A model generated the notes under the pieces. It searched no databases. It saw only the letters and a list, made by a program, of their open reading frames with translations, and was not told the origin of the DNA. The position numbers and the translations under genes were made by a program. A DNA stretch of 64,000 nucleotides, from NCBI GenBank assembly GCA_000092065.1, contig CP000581.1. One strand, given 5' to 3'. Shown here piece after piece: positions 20,074 to 29,074 of this stretch (positions are counted from its first letter, which is position 1; the number at the start of each line of letters is the position of its first letter). This DNA is from Ostreococcus lucimarinus (Eukaryota).

Positions 20074-21611
20074 TTACAACGACGGCTCGGGTTCACGATC
20101 CATTCGTGGTACAGGCACGGGACGATTCGTCGCGGACATCGTTTTCACCGATTGCACCGCGAGCTTGAGCATGGGCTCGACGGCGCGCTTGATCGCGGGC
20201 GTGGCGAGTATGGCGCGAGCGACGTCGCGCGTGGACGACGCGCCGACGGCGGGCGACTCCGCGCCGGGAGTTCCGAGTCCTTGACGGATCGATTCCTTGG
20301 CGCGTGCGTAAGATTTGCACGCCATCGGCGCCTCATCGACGATCTCGGCGTCGTCGTCGATGATTTTCGTCAACAGATCTTGCGCCAAGGCGTCCAGCTT
20401 CGTCTGAGCCTCGTCGATGGATTGTTTGGGAACTTCCTTCGGGAACAACGCGGCGGCGTATTTCCCGACCGCGTCCGTCACGGCCGCGCGCAAGGTAGCG
20501 TGGTAAAGAGCTATTTCCTTTGTCGCCTCTGCGCTCGGCGTCGGGCTCGGTTCTGGTTTCGCCGTGGCGACGGCTGCCGGAGGCAATTTCGGTTTTGGTC
20601 GTACCTCCACCGTCTCCATCGCCGAGCTCAAATCGCGCGTCGCCGCTTCGCGTCGCGACGCTTTCGACTGCGTCTTGATCGGTTTCCCCACGAACGCGTC
20701 CGCAGGCGGGGTCGTGTCCACGAATACGGACAGTAACATTTTGAGTAATCTGTAACCGTCGATGCGAATCACCGCCTTGGTCGCGTCCGCGCCGTCGACG
20801 TCGCTCCGCGTCGCCCAACTCGCCGTCGCATCTGCGCTGAACGCATCTTCAATCATCGCACACACAGTAGCGTATAAAAACGACGCGTCTCGCCTCTCCC
20901 CTTCGCTCGTGACGCCATAGAAAATCGAACGCACCACCGTCGTCGCTTGTTTGGCGTCCAACGACACGTCGCACGCGTGCACGCCCGCGTCGATGTGATT
21001 CGCGCGCCCTTTCTCCGCTCTCGCGCGTCCTAAATCGTCCGTTCGCATCACCCGCTCCCCTCGTCTCGCCATCAACGCGCACTCGTACTTCAACCACCTT
21101 CGACAATACAAAAAAAAGAGCAGCGCCTCGTCGTCGTACGCCCGCCGCACGAACGCGCAAAACAACTCCGCGCACTCACTCGTCTTGCTCTTCCTCGCCG
21201 CCTCCGCGTTGCACATCACTTCCCACGCGTGTTTTTCCACGAGCGATTTCACCCCTAACGTCCGCGCCCAGCGTCCGTACGCGAAATCCCCAAACGTCGT
21301 CGTCGTCTCGTCCTCCTCGTTCGCGTTCGCGTTCGCGTCCCTCCTTCCCGCCGCCCCCCCGTCCTCGCGCGTCGTCCCTCGCCGCGCCCGCGCGTCGTTC
21401 TCGTATTTCGCGTCGTACACGCGCTCGCACTCGCGCTCGAGCCACTCGATCGGGCGCTCGCGCGCGTCCCGCGCGTGTCCGTCGTCGAGGCGCTCGACGA
21501 ACGTCGTCGCGTACCGCGCGCGCATCGCCGCGCGCAGCGCCAGCGGCGGCGGCGGCGGCGTCACCGCCGCGCGCGGCGACCATTTTTCCGCGCGCGCGCT
21601 TCCCGCCAGCG

Positions 21612-21643
<32 letters not shown>

Positions 21644-21779
21644 CGCATCGTTCGTCGTCGCGCGTTTGAATGTCGCCGCGCGGCACTGCGCGGCGCGCGG
21701 AACGCGTCGAGGGATGCGCGCGACGCGCGCGATGGCGCGCGCGACGAGCGCGCGAGCGGCACCGCGCGGCGCGGGACGG

Positions 21780-21817
<38 letters not shown>

Positions 21818-21831
21818 GACGATAACGACAT
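20074..21831 (-). CDS. Hypothetical protein (585 aa) with poly-Thr and poly-Asp N-terminal low complexity
   Basis: Long ORF with coding-like composition in its central and C-terminal parts. No domain recognised. Confidence 0.45.
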
Positions 21832-22646
21832 CGGCGCGGTGGACGGGACGCGCGCGGGCCGTCGCGCGCGCGGTCCCGCGAGACGCGCTCGCGGGACGAT
21901 CGTTCGAGAGCGAACTCGCGCCGCTGCGCGCGGCGGGGATCGAGGTCCATCGGCTGGGCGCGCGCGCGCTGTCGCAGGGAGACTGCGCGCCCGAGGTGTG
22001 CGCGCTGCAGGCGATGCTGGCGAGCGAGCGACTGCTGGCGCTGCCGAACGGAGGATTGCCCACGGGATTCTTCGGCCCGAGCACGACGGAGGCGGTGAAG
22101 AAGTGGCAAAAAGTGCGAGGGATCGAACCGACGGGGGTGTTCGGGGACGCCTCGCGCGAGGCGTACCTGGCGCAGAAGAAGACGGCGCTCTTCGCGAGCG
22201 TCTTCGGGCCGCAACCGCCCTCGCGAGCGTGGCTCACCGCGGAAAAGTTTGGGAAACCGATCGCGCGCGCTGCGCGCACTGGAACGTGGACGAAGGAGGC
22301 GTATTTATCCGCCAACGACGTCTTCGCGGCGTCGTTCCTGTCGGGAGTGCTGTTTACGGTGGCGATTTTGTTTCAACACAAGGCGCGGAATCGATGGAAG
22401 GAGCTCGAGGCGGAGAATCGACGGGCCGGCGTCGCGCGCACGCGCGGCGAGCTCGTCTCGGCGATCGTGCGCGAGTGTTTGGACGACGCGTCTTCGTACT
22501 TTCGTGGGATTTTCGATCGCGCGCGCGGGAAACTCGCCACCGGCGCGGCGCTCCGAGCGCGCTCGCCGACGCCGGCGCGACGTCGATTCTTCCTCGGTGG
22601 GTTCGCGCTGCGTCTCGGGAATTGGCGCGTCGGTTCTTGGGATTAG
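21666..22646 (+). CDS. Peptidoglycan-binding (PG_binding_1-like) domain protein with one TM helix
   Basis: 'CALQAMLASERLLALPNGGLPTGFFGPSTTEAVKKWQKVRGIEPTGVFGDASREAYL' matches the putative peptidoglycan-binding domain consensus. TM 'VFAASFLSGVLFTVAILF'. A Ser10 run sits in the N-terminal region. Confidence 0.55.
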
Positions 22647-22850
22647 ACTTTCGCGAGCACGACGTGTAATGTAATTATTTATCGCGACACCGGCGACGCG
22701 GTGCGCCGAACGTTCGACGTTCGACGCCGACTGACTCACTGACTCGGCGCCTCCGCGCCGCGGCGGGACATCACCGCCTCACTCGGCGTCGCGAACGCGC
22801 GGCGAACGCGCGGGCGTCGCGCGATCGCCGCGTCGTTCGCACAACGTCCG

Positions 22851-24503
22851 ATGTCGCTCTCGGCGTCGTGCGCGCGCGCCATGCGCGAGAAAACCGCTGA
22901 AGATGCGCTGGATACCGTTATAAGCTGCGTCGCGTGCGAGTGCGCGTACGACGGGGACGAACGTGCCGTGGCGCGCAGACTCGGAACGTTGGAGCGAGCC
23001 ATCGTGTTGCGCGCGCTCGACGCTTCGCGAGCGCCTCTGGCGGTTCTGCGCGATCGAATCTTGAGACGAAGCGCGAGGAGATGGTTCGTCGGCGTCGAGG
23101 CGAGCGCAAAGGGCGCGGCGAATCGAGCGGTGGTTTTGGAAACCTGCGACGCGTATTACTACGCGTTCGGGGGAACGCAGACGACGAGAGATTTGATATC
23201 CGATGCGAATTATTGGATGAGCTCGGTGGAGGACGAGGCGAAGGCGCATCGAGGATTTCTCGCGCGCGCCGAAACCGTCGCCGCAGACGTGATGTTCGCT
23301 CGCGCGCGAGCGAGAGGAAAACGATTGGTGATGTGCGGACACTCCTTAGGTGGGGCCACCGCGGCGTTGGCGACGGTCATACTGTTGTTGAGGAGACCCG
23401 AGGCGGCGGGGCGCGTGCGATGTGTCACCTTCGCCATGCCGCCCGTGGGCGACGAGAGCTTGAGTCGACTCGTCGTAGATCGGCGATGGACGTCGACGTT
23501 TACGCACATTTGCGCGCCCGAAGACCGAATATCGAGACTGCTTCTGTCGCGACCGGGATACGTACACTTTGTGCGTCCAAAATATTTGCTCGAAGATGGC
23601 CGAATCGTGATGAAGGAGTTGGACGTGGACGACGACGACGCGCTACAGCGCGTGCATCGAGACTCGGCTGGCTTTATGCGAGCACCGCGCAGCGTGGTGT
23701 ACGTGCACGCAATGAAGACTTATCGCGACCGGTTAATGCTGACGTTGCGTAGTGCGCTGTCATCTTTCGATGCCGATGCCTTCGTCGCCGAAACTCCGCG
23801 CGCGGTGCCGATGCGCTCGCACCTAGGCCCGGAGCCGACTCTCAAGAGCGCCGTTGGCGTCCTCGCGCGAGACGGTGGTGGTATTGTCGTGCTAGTACGC
23901 GGGACAAGCATCGACACGCGGACGTGTTCGCGCACGCGAGCGGAAGCAAAAGGTTGGTTGTGCTCGACGACGGCCACAGTGCTCGGGAGCGATTCTCTAA
24001 TCGTGGCCGTGTCGCCGCCCGCGTTGCACGGCGCGCCGTTGCCGAGCGACGCGGTCTGCTCGCCCGGGAATCATGCTTCCTGGATGCCGCTCGTTGTAGG
24101 AGTTGGTGGCGATTTTTCGCTCGCTTTCGTGAATGTTCGCATCATTCCTCGTGTCGTGATTTTCGTTCGAAGCGACGCGAGCGACGCGTCGTGGATTGCG
24201 CTTCAAAAGTCGTCTCTGCAGACGAAGCAAACGGGATGGATCGTAAAAGAAGTGGGACCGTTGAAACGCAAAGCCATCGACGGTTTTGTGGAATCTTCGC
24301 CCGGTTGCGTGTGCGTCATGCGCGCTGTGTCGGATGGACTCGTAGTACGAGAAGGTGGCCGCGACAAGGACGCGATAGGAATGAGCGTTCCCGCAGACGA
24401 CGTCCGAGCTGTAGAAAAGTCCATTCGCGCGGCGCTGCAATCGACGGAGATGGATGCGTTAGAACACGCGCCGCACACAGCGCTCGCGAGAGCGAAACTT
24501 TAG
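22851..24503 (+). CDS. Class-3 (fungal-type) lipase domain protein
   Basis: 'YYYAFGGTQTTRDLISDANYW' and nucleophile elbow 'LVMCGHSLGGATAALAT'. Confidence 0.8.
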   Translation: MSLSASCARAMREKTAEDALDTVISCVACECAYDGDERAVARRLGTLERAIVLRALDASRAPLAVLRDRILRRSARRWFVGVEASAKGAANRAVVLETCDAYYYAFGGTQTTRDLISDANYWMSSVEDEAKAHRGFLARAETVAADVMFARARARGKRLVMCGHSLGGATAALATVILLLRRPEAAGRVRCVTFAMPPVGDESLSRLVVDRRWTSTFTHICAPEDRISRLLLSRPGYVHFVRPKYLLEDGRIVMKELDVDDDDALQRVHRDSAGFMRAPRSVVYVHAMKTYRDRLMLTLRSALSSFDADAFVAETPRAVPMRSHLGPEPTLKSAVGVLARDGGGIVVLVRGTSIDTRTCSRTRAEAKGWLCSTTATVLGSDSLIVAVSPPALHGAPLPSDAVCSPGNHASWMPLVVGVGGDFSLAFVNVRIIPRVVIFVRSDASDASWIALQKSSLQTKQTGWIVKEVGPLKRKAIDGFVESSPGCVCVMRAVSDGLVVREGGRDKDAIGMSVPADDVRAVEKSIRAALQSTEMDALEHAPHTALARAKL

Positions 24504-24572
24504 CGCTATAGTGACTTAGATGAATATTTGATAGAAGAATCATAGATATGCCTCGCTCGCTCGCTTGATCGA

Positions 24573-25361
24573 TCACATCCCAAGCGCCTCCAACAACACC
24601 GGCGAGGCGAAATCGTCGACGCACATGCAGCATCCGACGCGCGCCAACGTCTCCTCGCTTTGGGACGATAGGATCCCGACCGTCGGAATATTCGCCGCTA
24701 CCGCCGCCCGCGCGCCCGCCGGAGAGTCTTCAAACGCCACGCACGCCTCGGGCGCGTCGCTCACGCCACACCGCCGTAACCCTTCGAGATACGGATCTGG
24801 ATTTGGTTTCGACCGCGCGCACTCCGTCCCGATGACGAGTCGTTCGTCCCCAAAGTACTCCCTCAGCCCCAACTGCGTGAGCATCGCCTCCGCGTTCGCC
24901 CTCGGCGCATTCGTCACGACTACAGTCTTCACGCCGCGCGCATCGCACGCGTCCAACAGCGCTCGCAACCCTTTCGCCGGCTGCAACGCTTCTCGCGCCA
25001 ACGCTTCGCGAAAGCTCGCCTCTTTCGCCTCCGCCATCGCTTCGTGCTCCTCGGCGCTTTTATCCGGATACAGCCTCGCGAATATATCCGCGTTCGACCC
25101 TCCCGCGATGTTTTCTTTGAAGTATTCGTGCGTCAGCGGCGCCCGCAGCACGCCCGTGCGTCGCAAGAGTTCATCAAACACGACAAAGTGCATCGGGTCG
25201 CTGTCCGCCATCGTACCGTCTAAATCGAACAGCGCCGCGCGCAATCGCGGCGCGGGGCGTATCACCGGCGCGCTCCGCGTCGTCGGCGCCGCGCGCGCGT
25301 CGTCCGCCTCGCGCATCGCCGTCGTCCGAATCGAAACGCGCGCCGTCAGAAGGCGTCGCAT
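24573..25361 (-). CDS. HAD-family hydrolase, beta-phosphoglucomutase-like subfamily. The track ORF extends to 25964, but the probable start is the Met at about 25361 (MRRLLTARVS...), followed by a transit-peptide-like region.
   Basis: 'ALFDLDGTMADSDPMH' (motif I), 'VVTNAPRANAE', 'SKPNPDPYLEGL', 'AFEDSPAGARAA'. Confidence 0.75.
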   Translation of the reverse strand: MRRLLTARVSIRTTAMREADDARAAPTTRSAPVIRPAPRLRAALFDLDGTMADSDPMHFVVFDELLRRTGVLRAPLTHEYFKENIAGGSNADIFARLYPDKSAEEHEAMAEAKEASFREALAREALQPAKGLRALLDACDARGVKTVVVTNAPRANAEAMLTQLGLREYFGDERLVIGTECARSKPNPDPYLEGLRRCGVSDAPEACVAFEDSPAGARAAVAANIPTVGILSSQSEETLARVGCCMCVDDFASPVLLEALGM

Positions 25362-25362
25362 A

Positions 25363-26226
25363 ATGCCGCCGCCGCGAAACGTTCGCCGGAAGAGAGCGTG
25401 CGATTCGGACGGCGACGACGCGCGCGACGACGACGCGCGCGACGACGACGACGACGACGCGCGCGACGACGACGGCGGCGCCCTGCGCGCGCTGCGCGAG
25501 GCGCGCGAGCGACAGCAGCGCCGGAATCGAGCGAAAGGTTTGGACGTCGGGACGCTCATCACGGGACGACGCGAGCGCGCGGTGGGAAAACGCGCGGACG
25601 ACGGCGGTGACGGTGCCGCAGACGCGCGCGCGCGCGATGGAGGTCTCGGCGTCGCGCACGGAGAGACGCGGATGCTGGGGACGAATTCGGCGTTCGCGAG
25701 CGCGGGGGTGGTGCTCGCGGGACGGGAATTGGTTCGGGACGGGGACGACGGCGATCGAGGATACGGCTTGCGAACGGCGGAAGAGGCGCGAGCGAGGGCG
25801 TACGTAGAGGAAGAGCTGAAACGACGGCGCGGGGAGGTGGTCGAGGACGACGCCGAGGCGAGCGGGGCGGCGGCCGCGGGGGGCGACGATAATCGAGGCG
25901 CAGAGTCTTGGCTCACGGCGATCGAAGAGGTCGACGTCTCGGTCGAACGAAGGATGCAAAACATAGAGGAGACGGAGCGGGCGAAGCGGGCGATGTTAGA
26001 CGGCGCGCGTCCGGGCGAACTCGGTGCGTTCGATGCGCTAAAACCGAGTCACATGGAATTGAAGGAGGCGAAGAAGCGACCGCCGCCGAGCGAAACCGCC
26101 CTCGCGCGGCGTCAATTCGTCACTGGATTCGGCGCTAAGCGTGAGCGTCAAGAGGCGAGCGAGGAGTCGAGGCGCGAGAAGGAGCGCAGGAAGAATTTCT
26201 TCAAGAAGAAGCGAAATAAGAGATGA
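25363..26226 (+). CDS. Hypothetical highly charged (D/R/E/K-rich) protein with a basic C-terminus, possibly nuclear. Its start is 1 nt away from the divergent HAD start.
   Basis: In-frame ATG (CATAATG context). C-terminal '...RREKERRKNFFKKKRNKR'. Low complexity, and only the 3' half looks convincingly coding. Confidence 0.35.
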   Translation: MPPPRNVRRKRACDSDGDDARDDDARDDDDDDARDDDGGALRALREARERQQRRNRAKGLDVGTLITGRRERAVGKRADDGGDGAADARARDGGLGVAHGETRMLGTNSAFASAGVVLAGRELVRDGDDGDRGYGLRTAEEARARAYVEEELKRRRGEVVEDDAEASGAAAAGGDDNRGAESWLTAIEEVDVSVERRMQNIEETERAKRAMLDGARPGELGAFDALKPSHMELKEAKKRPPPSETALARRQFVTGFGAKRERQEASEESRREKERRKNFFKKKRNKR

Positions 26227-26478
26227 GTTGTAGTAAATAGAAGAGCGCCGTCTTCGCCTCTCCTGCCTCACACAGCGACGTTCGAGCCGCGCCACGCCCG
26301 CTCCTCGACGAACGCGAACGTCCGCGCGCCCGCAACCATTCGTCACGCATTCGCCCTTCGCGGCGTCGCACGCGCCGCGTTCGCCAAGCCGCCGTCGACG
26401 GATTACTTTCGACAGTCGACGTCGACACTTTTCGCGACTTCGTCGTCGATTTGCCACGGCGCACGCGCGTTCGGAGAC

Positions 26479-28188
26479 TTGACGAGCGCGCGAGTCGTGC
26501 GAACGCTTTCGACGACGAGCGAAAGCGACGCGATGGCGACTTCATCGCCTCGTACGCGGGTGATTGTTTGGTTTCGGAACGACTTGAGGTTGTTGGACAA
26601 CGCCGTCGTCGCTCGAGCGGCGGCTCTGCGCGGACAATCGGACGCCGCTGAGGTCGTCCCGGTGTACGTGTTCGATGAGACGTTTTTTAAGACATCCAAG
26701 CGCGGTCTCGCGCGCTTCGGTGCAGGGCGTGGGAAGTTTACGATTGAGTGCGTGGACGACTTGAAGCGCGCGCTTCGCGGCGTCGGCAGCGACTTGTTGG
26801 TGCGTTGCGGCAAGACGGAGGATGTCATCACCGAGCTCACGCTCACGGGTGCGAACGACAAAACGATCGTGCTCACGCAAACAGAGGTGACGAGCGAGGA
26901 GACTGATATGGATAGGGCGGTAGAGAGGGCGTCGAAGGAGCGAGCTCGAAGCGGCGGCGCGTCGGCGTCGATGGAGCGTCTGTGGGGGTCGACACTTTAC
27001 CACGCCGACGACCTCCCGTACGACTTCGCCGGAGGTCTACACGATTTACCAGATGTGTTCACGCCATTTCGGAACAAGGTAGAGTCAAAGTGCTCAGTGC
27101 GAGCGGTAGTGCCCGCGCCGACGGCGAACGCTCTGGGAAGCGTACCGGCGTCCGTGGCGGGGTTGGATTGGATGCCTGAACCGAAGGATTTGCCTTTCGC
27201 GTCGGCCGAAATCGCCCCGGCGTGCGAAAAATGGCTCAAAGATGGCGCAGACGAGCGCTCTGTGCTCGAATTCAAGGGTGGCGAATCCCAAGCCTTGGCT
27301 CGCGTCAAGTATTATTTGTGGGATAGCGATTTGCTCGCGACGTACTTTGAAACTCGCAACGGGATGCTGGGCGGCGACTACAGCACCAAGCTCGCACCGT
27401 GGCTCGCCTTAGGATGTGTGTCGCCGCGCTACGTCGTGAGCGAGATTCGACGCTACGAGAGCGCGCGCGTTGAGAACAAGAGCACGTATTGGGTAATATT
27501 TGAGTTGATATGGAGAGACTTCTTCAAGTTCTTCGCGCTGAAACACGGGAACAAAATCTTCCATCTCGACGGTACGGCTAACAGGACGGCATCTTGGAAG
27601 AGTGATGAGAAGATCTTGAAGGCATGGAAGACAGGCACGACCGGATACCCACTCATCGACGCCAACATGCGCGAACTCGCGGCGACTGGTTTCATGTCGA
27701 ATCGAGGGCGACAAAACGTCGCCTCGTGGCTCGCCCTCGACGCCGGCGTCGACTGGAGACACGGTGCCGATTGGTTCGAGCACCACTTATTGGATTACGA
27801 CACCGCTTCTAACTGGGGGAACTGGTGCGCCGCCGCCGGTATGACGGGCGGTCGCATCAACCGCTTCAACATCGCCAAGCAAACCAAGGACTACGATCCC
27901 TCTGGCGACTACGTCAAGCGTTGGATCCCGGAACTCCGCGAGATCCCCGCGGCGTACATCACCGAGCCCAACCAAGCCCCTCGCGAGCTTCGCGATCGAA
28001 TCAGTCTCGATTACCCGAACAAGCTCAATCTCCCGAGGCGTGACTTCACGGAAATGGGGTCTCCGCCCGGGCCGAAGCGCGGCGGCGGTCGCGCCGCCGG
28101 CGGCGGTCGAGGCGGTCGAGGCGGGCGTTCGAAATCTCGCGGCCCCAAGGCCCACGCCGTGAGCGTGTACGACCACGTGTACGGTTAA
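26479..28188 (+). CDS. CRY-DASH: Cryptochrome DASH (photolyase/cryptochrome family). The ATG is near 26533 (MATSSPRTRVIVWFRNDLRLLDN...). C-terminal Gly/Arg-rich tail.
   Basis: N-terminal photolyase alpha/beta 'VIVWFRNDLRLLDN'. FAD-binding 'WREFF', 'FMSNRGRQNVASWL', 'DWRHGADWFEHHLLDYDTASNWGNWCAAAG'. The sequence, ending '...RINRFNIAKQTKDYDPSGDYVKRWIPEL', is typical of CRY-DASH. Confidence 0.9.
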   Translation: MTSARVVRTLSTTSESDAMATSSPRTRVIVWFRNDLRLLDNAVVARAAALRGQSDAAEVVPVYVFDETFFKTSKRGLARFGAGRGKFTIECVDDLKRALRGVGSDLLVRCGKTEDVITELTLTGANDKTIVLTQTEVTSEETDMDRAVERASKERARSGGASASMERLWGSTLYHADDLPYDFAGGLHDLPDVFTPFRNKVESKCSVRAVVPAPTANALGSVPASVAGLDWMPEPKDLPFASAEIAPACEKWLKDGADERSVLEFKGGESQALARVKYYLWDSDLLATYFETRNGMLGGDYSTKLAPWLALGCVSPRYVVSEIRRYESARVENKSTYWVIFELIWRDFFKFFALKHGNKIFHLDGTANRTASWKSDEKILKAWKTGTTGYPLIDANMRELAATGFMSNRGRQNVASWLALDAGVDWRHGADWFEHHLLDYDTASNWGNWCAAAGMTGGRINRFNIAKQTKDYDPSGDYVKRWIPELREIPAAYITEPNQAPRELRDRISLDYPNKLNLPRRDFTEMGSPPGPKRGGGRAAGGGRGGRGGRSKSRGPKAHAVSVYDHVYG

Positions 28189-29074
28189 TGTCGCGTTCGA
28201 GTCGAGTCTCGCGATCGCGTTAGTCTGTTATTCGTTCCACTCCATTCAACCTCCACCCCGAGCTCCAGCCTGTTGCCTCGTTCGACCGGGATAGACCCAG
28301 CGCCCAGAGGTTTGCGACGATCGATCTGTGATCGATCGCGACCGTTCGTGACCCGTCTGCGACCCCCCCCGTCGTTTGGACGTCTCGGGTGTGCGCGCGC
28401 CGTCCCGCACACGCCGCCGCGATCGCATCGCGCGCGAGCTCGAGATCCGTTTGCTTGATACACTCGCGGTGCGTCCTCGTCGCGGTCTCCTCGTCGTCCG
28501 CGCGCGCGCGCCGCGCGGCGTCGCGCCAGGGCCGTCGGTCGGCGGTCGGCGGAATCGTGCGCGGAATCTTTCTCTCGCGCGCGTGACGGGCGTCGAAGAC
28601 GGTCTTAGACGCGTTAAAGTCGCGCGTGTTGACGGTTACTTCCCTCGCGCGGGCTTCGACGCGCACGAACGAGCGTCGAGCGCGCGCGAGGGAAGGAATT
28701 CTCTCGAGCGGGGACGCCTCGCGCGGGAACGAGGGTCGACGCGCCCGAGCGAGCGTTCGTTCGTCGTGGTGGCGGTTTGAGACGCGCGTAAACGCGCACT
28801 GACGACGGACGTTTTGATACTTTCGCTTTCACAGGTTTCGATAGTCGTCGACGGAGTTTTCGTCGCTCGATAACGAACCGTTCGTTTAACACGAACGTTG
28901 CTCGCGCCTGTGCGAGCGCGTTCACTCCGACTTTGAACGGCGTTTACCGTTCTTATTCCGGGACAGAGGCGGCCGCCTGTCCCGATTTCGAGGTGTTGTG
29001 CGCGTGACCAATCAGTGGTGCGCGACAAGTTTTATAAATAACGGTGTTGAAGTGATCTCACGCCGCCAAAGAAT

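Noticed and set aside
25363-26226. Idea that the charged protein is a C9orf78/Tls1 (HCA59) homolog
   Set aside because: Similarity rests on composition (a basic KKKR C-terminus) only. I cannot recall a matching motif.
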